Below, piece by piece: positions 1 to 9,425 of a DNA stretch of 64,000 bases. Numbering within the stretch: position 1 is the stretch's first letter; each line of letters begins with the position of its first letter. Both the position numbers and the translations under genes were made by a program. Location of the stretch: positions 960,001 through 1,024,000 of the forward strand of contig OY759316.1 in NCBI GenBank assembly GCA_963662275.1, in the 5' to 3' direction. The DNA is from Candidatus Cloacimonadales bacterium. GTDB taxonomy: Bacteria; Cloacimonadota; Cloacimonadia; Cloacimonadales; DAONDQ01. The notes below the pieces were generated by a model, which saw nothing but the letters and a program-made list of their open reading frames with translations, was not told the DNA's origin and did not search any database.

Positions 1-783
1 ATTCGTCTCTTAGATCCTCCATTGCACGAGTTCTTACCTCATGAAGCTAAGAACCAGCAGGAAATGGCGAATGATATGGGTATCAGTTTAGAAACAGTCA
101 AAGCGAAAGTGGAAGCTTTAGCTGAATTCAATCCCATGCTCGGTCTTCGTGGCTGCCGTTTGGGCATCACTTTCCCTGAAATCACAGAGATGCAGGCAAG
201 AGCCATCATTGAAGCTGCTTTGAACATGAAAGCCAAGGGCATCATCGTCCTTCCTGAAATCATGATCCCGCTCGTTGGCACAGTCAACGAATTCAATATG
301 CAGGAAGATGTCGTCAGAAAGGTGGCAGAACAGGTATTTGCAGAACGGAACGACCGCATTGAATACCTCGTCGGTACAATGATCGAAATTCCCCGTGCAA
401 CACTTGTTGCTGACAAAATTGCTGAAAGAGCTGAATTCTTCTCTTTTGGAACCAACGACTTAACCCAGATGACTTTCGGATACTCTCGTGATGATGCCGG
501 TAGATTCTTACCTGTTTATCTCAACCAGGGCGTACTGAAACAGGATCCTTTCCAGGTTCTTGACCGTGAAGGTGTTGGACAGTTGGTAAAGTTAGGAACT
601 GAACGAGGAAGAATGACCAAGAAAGACCTGAAAGTCGGTATCTGCGGTGAGCATGGTGGCGAACCAAGTTCTGTGGAATTCTGCCATATGGTTGGAATGA
701 ACTATGTGAGCTGTTCTCCTTACCGTGTACCAATCGCAAGATTAGCAGCAGCACAAGCCGCTGTCACATATCCGCAAAAATAA
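1..783 (+). CDS. ppdK: Pyruvate, phosphate dikinase, C-terminal part (5' truncated by window)
   Basis: Frame open from base 1 ([13 protein letters not shown]); [33 protein letters not shown] and GICGEHGG motifs. Confidence 0.97.
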   Translation: MRLLDPPLHEFLPHEAKNQQEMANDMGISLETVKAKVEALAEFNPMLGLRGCRLGITFPEITEMQARAIIEAALNMKAKGIIVLPEIMIPLVGTVNEFNMQEDVVRKVAEQVFAERNDRIEYLVGTMIEIPRATLVADKIAERAEFFSFGTNDLTQMTFGYSRDDAGRFLPVYLNQGVLKQDPFQVLDREGVGQLVKLGTERGRMTKKDLKVGICGEHGGEPSSVEFCHMVGMNYVSCSPYRVPIARLAAAQAAVTYPQK

Positions 784-852
784 GCTAACAGCTTACAGCT
801 AACAGGTTCAGAGAAAGAGACCGTTTGATGTGAGTCGAGAAGCAAAATATAC

Positions 853-877
853 AAAGGGCGTCGCAAGACGCCCTTTT
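853..877 (+). terminator. Intrinsic terminator after ppdK
   Basis: AAAGGGCGTC-GCAA-GACGCCCTTTT stem-loop with T tract. Confidence 0.85.
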
Positions 878-882
878 CAATT

Positions 883-1530
883 GTAGCTCCGGGTTCAGGC
901 GGTTCTGTCCCCCTCCCATTTGTAAAGGGAGGGGTTAGGGGAGAGCTAGTTCTGCTCTGAAAATTTGGAGTTCATATCGCCTATCTCTGGAGTCCAAAAC
1001 ACATATAAGATTTTAGTGTATATGAGACTACAAGGCGTTGCGGACTTCAGAGCTGGCTGTGTTTGATTGAATTTTGAAGTCCACACATCCTATAGATTGA
1101 AATAAATAAATGTCTCGAAGGATGTTTGAACTCCAAAATCTCAGCTTTCGTATAAACTACTGAAACTGCTTCAATGTTGCCAGAGAAACATGAAGCAGAA
1201 ATGAACCTGCCATTAACGAGAACGCTCTCGATTAAGTCTCGGTCATCATATAGGAACGAAGTACGGGCAGTAGAGACTACCTATAAGGGCGTCTCACTTA
1301 TCACCTTCAGCGGGTATTCCGTAGCAACACCGTAGCAACAACTTCAGTCGTTGGATCAACTGCTTCAGCAGTTATAATGTTTTAACATTTTCTGACATCC
1401 GGAGATTCCCCCATTGAAATGGGCTGATTTGATGTATTTCGACTTCGCTCAATAACCATTAATCAACCAACGAATAAATTCGTTGCAACGTTCAGCGTCG
1501 TATTCGTTCATTGAGCGAAGTCGAAATGCC
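883..1530. repeat. Cluster of several different REP-like and palindromic dispersed repeats
   Basis: GTAGCTCCGGG.. (883), CCCCTCCC..GGGAGGGG (909-934), TTTGRAGTYCA hairpins (985-1139), 63-bp element (1181-1243), GTAGAGAC..GGCGTCTCA (1270-1296), GTAGCAACAACTTCAG.. (1332-1437), TTCGACTTCGCTCAAT..ATTGAGCGAAGTCGAA (1438-1525); each has relatives elsewhere in the window. Confidence 0.75.
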
Positions 1531-1562
1531 GGTGAGGGCTTTGGTCATGGAGACGCCTACTT

Positions 1563-2018
1563 GTGGATAGGAGGCATTCTCATGAACGGAGTCCCGATCT
1601 CAACCTGACACCAACACTGAACGATAACAATAAGATGTTTGGTTTCTGCCTGACCATGAGCGATTACAATGGAGATGGCTGCTGCGATGTTGCCATTTCT
1701 GCGCCTTTTGATTACTCAGGTTCTCCTTATCCGGGTAGAGTATTTGTTTATGCTGGAAATACACAACTGGATGACCCAACCCCCAATGCTGATGAAACAA
1801 ATACTCCAGCAATCTCCAAACTGCAGTTGTATCCGAATCCGCTGCAGTCTTGGAATTCTGAACTTAATGTCAGATTCACTGTTGACCCCCCTACCCCCCT
1901 TCCCAAGGGGGGAGCTTCAACTTTCGAAATTTATAATATCCGGAGACAAAAAGTCAAGTCGTTTACTATGAATGCAGAACAGACTAAATTCCGGTTCTGC
2001 GATTTACAATTTAAATGA
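1563..2018 (+). pseudogene. C-terminal fragment of an FG-GAP repeat protein with YPNP-type cargo domain
   Basis: FGFCLTMSDYNGDGCCDVAISAP..GRVFVYAG is FG-GAP-like; LYPNP..FEIYNIRRQKVK is the C-terminal domain; no signal peptide or N-terminus; the tail appears to continue in another frame (NLNDLSSWVYVY). Confidence 0.65.
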
Positions 2019-2167
2019 TCTTTCATCATGGGTTTATGTGTATGTGATACCGAACTGCATAGCCGTTTGAAAACAGCGTTCCGAAAAGCAAGGTGAACCA
2101 TGTTGCCACGATTCCTGAAGTAATCACCACTGGTGCAACGGCACAGCAACGCCTCATCTTTCTTCTC

Positions 2168-4522
2168 TCAAAATTCCCTGATTTCTCCTTTTGAATAGAG
2201 ATAGCTTGCACCTTTATAATCTACAGTGACAAAAGGTGTATTGATCTTATCAATTTTCGCCTGCTGAGCGAATTCACGATACTTGTATTCCGCATCGCTC
2301 ATATGCATAGGAAATACATACTTAGGATATAGCTTTTCAATTGCGTAATAGGCACCTTGCTTCAAAGCAGTTAAATCAGAAAAGCCACAGCCTGCAACAG
2401 GGAAAAAAGCAAAATCAAATTTCTCATTTCGCAGAGCAATTTTATCAATAATGCGGGTATATTCATTGGGTACAGTCTGTGATTTATTTACGGTATCCCC
2501 AGGATGGAAGAGATTGATTCCATCAAAAGATACGGTGAATCCGATACCGGCATCATTAGACCGAAATGACCTGATCACAACACCATCAATTGTCAATATA
2601 GAATCAGGGGCTAAATAAGTATATTCAGGTACGGGCTGCAGGATATCGTGATATTGATTATCTTCTTCCGGTTTGAAACCCATGACATACTTGATATTAG
2701 GATTTGATTTTCTCCATTCAAAGATTCCCGGGATAAAGTGATCCGAATGACCATGACTTGCGATTACAACCACATTCTGATCTTTCAACTCCGCTGGGTT
2801 GATAGAGCCATTCAATATACTTAATTGATCAGCTTGAGCTCCCGATTCATAATAATCAACAATTACCAGATGATTCCTGGTTTTAAACGCCCAACCGCTG
2901 TGTCCCAGGTACCATATCTTTACTGTTTTAGCTTCCATTTGGGCATTCAGAACATCCGCTGCGCTCTTAGCCTGATGTTTCTTAGATATCTTCTCTACAA
3001 TCAACTGATTACCATTATGAATGGCATAATCCAGTGGTGTTTTTCCATAGATGTCTTTGATATCTTTCTTTGCCCCGGATTCGATCAGTAATTCTGCAGG
3101 TTTCACAAAACCTTTCTGACAGGCAATGTGAAGGGGTGTCATTCCTTGATTATCTATAGTGTTCGGATTTGCACCAGCTTTCAGCAATTTCTTCATATAT
3201 ATTTGTTTACTGGAATATACTGCTTTGTGAAGAATCGTTTGTCCTTGAATGTTCTGATGATTTACATCTATACTTTTTTGCATTAAAACATCAAAACTGC
3301 TCAGGCTATCTTGCCACACTGTATTGAAGATAGGTGTTTCACCCAGATTATTCTCCATATTCGGATTTCCACCCTTTTCCAGGATATAAGATAAAATGTC
3401 TGCATTGAAGGCTGCCGCCATGTGAACGGCAGAAGTTGAATTTGTCGAGCAACCCCATTCCACAGGGCAACTTCGCATTTTCAGGGAAGCACCTTTATCA
3501 ATGAGGAATTTGGCGAGTTCAATATGATCTGCCGATATAGCTAAAGATAGAGGCGTTTCTTTTGTGTTATTCAAAGCATTGATATCAGCACCTCTTTGGA
3601 GGAATAATTCCGTCAATGGAAGATAGCCTCGCAAGGCAGCATAATGTATAGGCTGGGTCCGGTTTTCTGCTAACTGTGTTTTCACATCAGCACCATTGTC
3701 CAATAGCAGTTTAGCAATTTCCACATTACCTTTTAATGCCACCAGGAGAATCGGCTCGTATCCCCATTGATTATGGACGCCATATGTCTTCGCTCCATGC
3801 TCGATGAGAAAGCGAACCATTTCGACCTTCTCTGCCCAAAGGGCTGAAATCAGGGCTGTTGTATTCCATGTATTATTGGTCATATTGACATCATATCCAC
3901 GTTCAAGCAAACGTTGAACAATCTGTGTATTACCACCGGACGCAGCGATAAAGAGAGTCCCGCATGACGGGTCTTGGGGATCTTCAAGTGTTGCTCCCTT
4001 TGCCAAAAGATATTCAAATACATCGCCATGCCCTCTACTGGCTGCCCGAATGATAGGCGTCCATTCTAATCTATCCTCTGTATTTACATCCATATCTTTT
4101 GACTCGCGGAGGTATTTCACCACATCAAGATGTCCGCCATCCGCAGCCCAGGCGAGTGCAGTACTGCTATATTTATTGCACAATTGATTTGGATCAACAC
4201 TATAACTGAGAAGTATTTTTACAACTTCCAACTTGCCTTTCCAAGCTGCAATATGATAAGGATAGAAACCATCATTGTTCGGAATTTCAGTGTTAGCTTT
4301 CTTTTGAAGAAGTACTTTTAGAATAGCTATATTACCATCCTTTGCAGCTAAGAACAGTGGTGTTTCTCCCAAGTTGTTCTGTTGGTCAAGCAAAGCCGGA
4401 TCAGCCTTTAGCAATGAATCAACCTGCGCAGTTTTTCCCAGAATAACGGCTTCATGGATTGTAATTGCCTGGAAATTTGTAAAACAAAGTAAAGCTAAAG
4501 TGAAAAGTATGATTATCTTCAT
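2168..4522 (-). CDS. Secreted ankyrin-repeat protein fused to a metallo-beta-lactamase-fold hydrolase
   Basis: Signal peptide MKIIILFTLALLCF (GGAGG RBS); many ETPLFLAA/TPLHIAC ankyrin repeats; C-terminal YLGHSGW..SHGHSDHF..FHPGD..PMH. Confidence 0.85.
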   Translation of the reverse strand: MKIIILFTLALLCFTNFQAITIHEAVILGKTAQVDSLLKADPALLDQQNNLGETPLFLAAKDGNIAILKVLLQKKANTEIPNNDGFYPYHIAAWKGKLEVVKILLSYSVDPNQLCNKYSSTALAWAADGGHLDVVKYLRESKDMDVNTEDRLEWTPIIRAASRGHGDVFEYLLAKGATLEDPQDPSCGTLFIAASGGNTQIVQRLLERGYDVNMTNNTWNTTALISALWAEKVEMVRFLIEHGAKTYGVHNQWGYEPILLVALKGNVEIAKLLLDNGADVKTQLAENRTQPIHYAALRGYLPLTELFLQRGADINALNNTKETPLSLAISADHIELAKFLIDKGASLKMRSCPVEWGCSTNSTSAVHMAAAFNADILSYILEKGGNPNMENNLGETPIFNTVWQDSLSSFDVLMQKSIDVNHQNIQGQTILHKAVYSSKQIYMKKLLKAGANPNTIDNQGMTPLHIACQKGFVKPAELLIESGAKKDIKDIYGKTPLDYAIHNGNQLIVEKISKKHQAKSAADVLNAQMEAKTVKIWYLGHSGWAFKTRNHLVIVDYYESGAQADQLSILNGSINPAELKDQNVVVIASHGHSDHFIPGIFEWRKSNPNIKYVMGFKPEEDNQYHDILQPVPEYTYLAPDSILTIDGVVIRSFRSNDAGIGFTVSFDGINLFHPGDTVNKSQTVPNEYTRIIDKIALRNEKFDFAFFPVAGCGFSDLTALKQGAYYAIEKLYPKYVFPMHMSDAEYKYREFAQQAKIDKINTPFVTVDYKGASYLYSKGEIREF

Positions 4523-4715
4523 GAATCCTCCCAATGGACTATCGACAATGCATATGCTTATATCTAATGCACAGTGATGAATCTTGTCAAGTTATTCATC
4601 ATACTTTGCAATGGGTTCTACGAAATTACTACATTACTACATTGAGATTATAGTATTACATTTAAAAATTGTGTCTCCTTATTGTCTAGGGAACCACAAT
4701 AGAACCCCTTAATTT

Positions 4716-4840
4716 ATACCTGTTTCAATCCTGTTTGATACCAGTTTCATTCCTGTTTCATTCCTGTTTCATTCCTGTTTCAGCAAACTGGTTTGAAAGT
4801 AGTATAGGACTGGTATGAGATTGGATTTGGATTGGTAGTA
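4716..4840. repeat. 11-bp tandem repeat (TTTCATTCCTG-like, about 6 copies) followed by a degenerate inverted series
   Basis: Direct inspection: ..CCTGTTTCATT.. repeats, then AAACTGGTTTG/GGACTGGTATG-type units. Confidence 0.7.
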
Positions 4841-4948
4841 TCTTTGGGGAACGATATGTGATTTGTACAAATCGAGAGGCAGGACTTTCATCCTGCCTTT
4901 CATTATTCCGTTTTACCAGTGAATTGATTTTTTTAAAACATGATTTAC

Positions 4949-6315
4949 TTATTTTATGATCACCATTTTTTTAGTGCTGTTGATACTTGGTGAACTGAGC
5001 TTGTAGAAGTATATTCCACTGCCACAAACATCACCATTTTCATCACGACCATTCCACGTAATCTTATATGAACCGGCTTGAAGGACATACTTCATTACTT
5101 TCTGACCAAGAACATTATAGATTGTCAGAGTTGCTGTTTCGCTAGCCTTAACATCCATTTCAATGTTGGTGGATGTGCCCGTCCTGAAAGGATTCGGATA
5201 TACGTTTCTTAATATTGTTGTCGTGGGAATTACTGGTGCCTGGTTGCTGGTATTGACGTTGATATAATTGCTATAGCTGCTTGTACCCTCGAAATTAACC
5301 ATCTCCAGCCAATAATAATATGTGGTTCCATGATCTATTTCATTATCAAAAAAATTGTAACTGTGTGTTGAACTCGTATTTGTTCCACTGATAAATCCAA
5401 TGTTCAATTTACTTGCTGTGGCAATAATACCGGTATCAGAACGTAATACATTGAAACCAAGGTTACTGGTTTCTGATTGTGTAATCCACTGCAGACTGAC
5501 AAACATATCTGATGTAACTGTGGCAGTGAATGATGACAATTCAACTGGAAGTTCTTGATTCACACCACCTGAAAGTTTGGCGACGAATATCTCCGCAGAC
5601 CCACTGCTCGTGATCTGGTGGGTATCAAAGTAGGCTGGCAGATTATGGGAACCACCGCTATAGTAAGTTCCTGTTAAATAGATGTCTCCAGCACCGTCAA
5701 AGCTTATGTGTCCGGGTACGTCATTATCTGCACTACCCGCCTGCTTTACCCACAGGAAGTTGCCATTGCTATCGAGTTTAGTGAGCGCAGTATCAAATTC
5801 ACCTGTGGATGTGAGTTGATGCGAGCCAAACATCACCGTACCCGAGAAAAGACCTGACATGAGGGCATTGTTATTTGAATCGATGTTTAAACCATAACTT
5901 TCATCATCTCCGGTAGAGCCTGCTCTTTTTGCCCAAAGGAAGTTGCCATCAGGGTCTAGTTTGGCTAGAAACATGTCACTTTCACCATTGCTGGTGTATG
6001 CAAAACTGCCAAGCTGTACATCAGTGTCGAAACATCCCGAAACAAAGCAGTTGCCATGACTGTCGAAACAAACACGCATCCCCGTAGCAAGAAATGAAGA
6101 ACCGATTTTTTAGCCCAGAGTCAATTACCGTTACTATCCGTCTTAGCAATAAATCCATTATCGTACCCATTATTTGTCAGCAAAGTGCTACCGATATGAC
6201 AGGTAGAACCACTATATTTACCAGTGGTTAGACTATTTCCTTCGGCATCGACGGCAACTTCATAAGCAAATTCAACTTCAGTAGGATCCCCCCCCTGTGA
6301 AGCCCAAAGGAAATT
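4949..6315 (-). pseudogene. Disrupted beta-propeller (SBBP-like) protein with FlgD/T9SS-type C-terminal domain
   Basis: ORF 4949-6079 has GNFLWAK repeats, LPVELSSF and YPNPF..SGIYFYKL. An upstream repeat (NFLWASQGG..DSNGN*LWAKK) is separated by TGA at 6121-6123 and a 1-bp frameshift in an A6 run near 6106-6111; no signal peptide. Confidence 0.75.
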
Positions 6316-6367
6316 TTAGGTAATGGGTACAAACTCATGTATCAAATGAATTGACAAATATATGAGC

Positions 6368-7225
6368 TTATTCTTTTACTTTTATTGGAATGTATATATC
6401 CATTTCACTGCCAGGCTGACCGAATTGGAATCGATCATCATACCATTCAATTTGGTCAGCTTCGGCAAGTTCATAACCTTCAAGTCCGCCACTGAATATC
6501 TTCTCATATGTCTCATGCAGATTATCAAGTGGTCCTTTATGCGTAAACACCGCATATGTAGCAGCAGGAATCTCATGAACTTTCATACCTTTGGGGACAT
6601 CTTCAACCTTTGTCACAGGAAGAGTTGCAATGTACTCAAATTTGTCATCTTCCGTGAAGTTCTCCATCTCCACATACGGACAGATACCTAAGCATAGTCC
6701 TTCTCTTTGAGGATTCTTGATTTCATTGCAAACTTCATTAAATTGACCCCACAATTGTGGGATAGTGTTTTCTTTCATAGTAGTATCACAGGATAATCCG
6801 ATGACTGTCAAGGCATCGAGTTTTGCAATCTTAATCTCCATAGTCACTCCTTTTTTGCTTGTATGATTCATGAGTTTGTATGCCCTTGTATAGATAAAAC
6901 TATTTTTATGCTTCCGAACACTTCCAGGTGTAGCATCGAACTTTTTTTTAAATGCACGTGTAAAAGCTTCCTGCGATTCGAACTGGTACCTTTCGGCAAT
7001 CTCTTTGATTGGATCAAATGTGAATACTAAATCACTTCCAGCTTCTGATAAACGCCTGGTTCGAATATATTCCTTCATTGTCCAGCCGGTGATGTTAGTA
7101 AATATGCGATGAAAATGGAAAAGAGAGAAACTTGCATGATCAGCGATCTCTTCGAGTTGCAGCGGTTTCCTCAAATGAGATTCAATATAGTCCAAAGCAA
7201 GCTGTATAAATCTTGTATAATTCAT
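6368..7225 (-). CDS. AraC-family transcriptional regulator with GyrI-like effector-binding domain (Rob-like)
   Basis: ALDYIESHL..SLFHFHRIF..FESQEAFTRAFKK HTH pair; C-terminal YAVFTHKG GyrI-like domain. Confidence 0.92.
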   Translation of the reverse strand: MNYTRFIQLALDYIESHLRKPLQLEEIADHASFSLFHFHRIFTNITGWTMKEYIRTRRLSEAGSDLVFTFDPIKEIAERYQFESQEAFTRAFKKKFDATPGSVRKHKNSFIYTRAYKLMNHTSKKGVTMEIKIAKLDALTVIGLSCDTTMKENTIPQLWGQFNEVCNEIKNPQREGLCLGICPYVEMENFTEDDKFEYIATLPVTKVEDVPKGMKVHEIPAATYAVFTHKGPLDNLHETYEKIFSGGLEGYELAEADQIEWYDDRFQFGQPGSEMDIYIPIKVKE

Positions 7226-7520
7226 TTCACCTCTTTTGATATTCCTTGCTGATACAAGAATGGTTTAGAGTTGTCAATTATAAGTTCAAGAATTTGTATT
7301 TTAATATTTAGATTTCTTCTGGAAATGATATTCAGGGCAATTATGTGCTTCGAGTATCCAAATTATCTGCATTTAGTAAGTATATTATAGTTGTATCTTA
7401 TTATAAAGTGTGAATTAATGCTTGACTAATTACACGCTTGTGTAAATACATATCCAATGATCGTTATTTGTTTGTTTCTTGGATGAAGTAACTGAAAACA
7501 AAGTGGAAGGAGAAACGGAT

Positions 7521-9386
7521 ATGAAATACAGATTGAATTTTCTTGTTTTGCTGATCATCTGCATGACATCGATGGGATATGCTGAGAATGATCAACATCA
7601 ATGGAATATCACACATTATAAGCTGTTTCTAAACATTCAACAAACCTCCCAACACTTGGATATAAGAGCTTATCTAGCTCTTGAATTCAAAGGCAAAATA
7701 GATACCCTTAAAATCCAACTTGCAGAAGGATTTCGGGGTACTGCTGCCACGGACTTGCAGGTATTTGATGATGAAAATAATCCTTTGGCATTTACTTATG
7801 CTGATTCCATCATTTCTTTGCATCCTGTGAAACCATGGAAACAAATAGAGATTGATTATACACTGGAAAAAGATCCCAATAATCCTACAGGCAGATATAT
7901 GGAATTCGGTAGAGAATTCAGCGATTCACTGTTTCATATTAATCCCAGCCTCACAAGTACTGATAATTGGTATCCAAGACCCTATGGCAGATTAGCTGAT
8001 CGTTTACCCGGGTACGATTTGTACTTCGATTATCCTGCCAATTTTGAGTTAGTTGCTTCAGGACATATGGTCAATTCGAGTATCAATCAAGGACGTACAT
8101 GCAGTCATTGGGTAAATTATCCTGAAATTACGGATAGGAGTCTCTTTTTCTTTGCCCAGACCAACTGTAAAAGGGTGGTAAAGGAATACGATGATTTTAC
8201 TGTATATCTGTACGTTCCAACGGAAAGCCTCAATAAATCAATCGATTATGTCGCTGATTATACAAATAAATGCTATCATTATTATGAAAACAAATATGGA
8301 AAAGCTACAGGAAAAGAATTCAAAGTTTATGCCTTCCCATATGATTATGCTTCAGGACTGAACTTCTGCTGTGTGCCTATCTCATTTTTTACGAAAGAGA
8401 TAAAGGTGAGCGAAATCGGATATCCCATTCGCACGATGGGACATGAAATATCTCACACTTGGTGGGGAAACGTCATATCCATGATACCTCATGATGATTA
8501 TTGGCTGGCAGAAGGTTTTGCTAAATTCTCTGAAGTGGATGCTATTGATGATGTAATAGGATTACCATCAGAGAAATTCATATTTAGCAGGACACGTACA
8601 GTATCTCTTCCCTATATCGATTTTACTCATTCTATCCAACGAAGTGCTGAAGACCAGGATCCCTTGCTTCCCGTATCTGCTTATTACCAGGGAGCGTTGG
8701 TACTGAATTATATCAGATGGATCATCGGGGAAGATCAATTCAATAGCTTTCTTCATAACTATATTGAAACCTATCGCAATCAATGTATTTCTACCAAAGA
8801 AATGCTCTCCATCCTGGAGAAGCAAACAGATAAACAAACGGCATCTTTAGCCAGTGATTACGTCATGAATCCAGGATTTGCAGGCTATTTAGTGAAAGAA
8901 CCTACTTTCAACAAAAAGAAGAATCTGATAACTTGGGAAATCAGTAATCCCGGAGATAAACCGATTATATCAGATCTTTTTATCAAAACCGATTCTGATT
9001 CATTAAGGAAAAGACTCGATTTACCTAAAGGTGCAAAAACAAGTATATCCTTACATGGAGATATGAAGAAGTCCAAACCGATCTTTAAAATAGATGAGAT
9101 GGATACTTTTCCGATGAAAGAATACAACCTTAAAAGTGTAGGCAGTTTAGTGGCAGCTTGGCCTGATGGCAGTCAACGTTTCAATGCGATCACACCCGGT
9201 TCACCACCCCAAAAAGCAGGTATGAATAGTAACACTGCTGTCCTAAAAATTAATGGGGAAGATGTAACAACTAAAACAATAGAAGAATTAACACAGTTGT
9301 TTCTTCAACCAACGGGTACAAGAATGCATATATTAATTAAAGAATTGGATACAGGCAAGGAGAAAGAGGTTGTCATCAAGTATTAA
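7521..9386 (+). CDS. Secreted M1-family aminopeptidase with C-terminal PDZ-like domain
   Basis: HEISH..WLAEGFA zinc motif, AYYQGALVL; AITPGSPPQKAGM..VLKINGEDV is PDZ-like; start MKYRL after AAGGAG. Confidence 0.85.
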   Translation: MKYRLNFLVLLIICMTSMGYAENDQHQWNITHYKLFLNIQQTSQHLDIRAYLALEFKGKIDTLKIQLAEGFRGTAATDLQVFDDENNPLAFTYADSIISLHPVKPWKQIEIDYTLEKDPNNPTGRYMEFGREFSDSLFHINPSLTSTDNWYPRPYGRLADRLPGYDLYFDYPANFELVASGHMVNSSINQGRTCSHWVNYPEITDRSLFFFAQTNCKRVVKEYDDFTVYLYVPTESLNKSIDYVADYTNKCYHYYENKYGKATGKEFKVYAFPYDYASGLNFCCVPISFFTKEIKVSEIGYPIRTMGHEISHTWWGNVISMIPHDDYWLAEGFAKFSEVDAIDDVIGLPSEKFIFSRTRTVSLPYIDFTHSIQRSAEDQDPLLPVSAYYQGALVLNYIRWIIGEDQFNSFLHNYIETYRNQCISTKEMLSILEKQTDKQTASLASDYVMNPGFAGYLVKEPTFNKKKNLITWEISNPGDKPIISDLFIKTDSDSLRKRLDLPKGAKTSISLHGDMKKSKPIFKIDEMDTFPMKEYNLKSVGSLVAAWPDGSQRFNAITPGSPPQKAGMNSNTAVLKINGEDVTTKTIEELTQLFLQPTGTRMHILIKELDTGKEKEVVIKY

Positions 9387-9425
9387 AATTAAAGGTAAAC
9401 CAACTACAAAAATAAGGAGAAAATA

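Noticed and set aside
6121..6123. Selenocysteine or TGA recoding
   Set aside because: A frameshift follows within 15 bp, the position is a structural aromatic residue in the repeat, and other genes here use TGA as a stop
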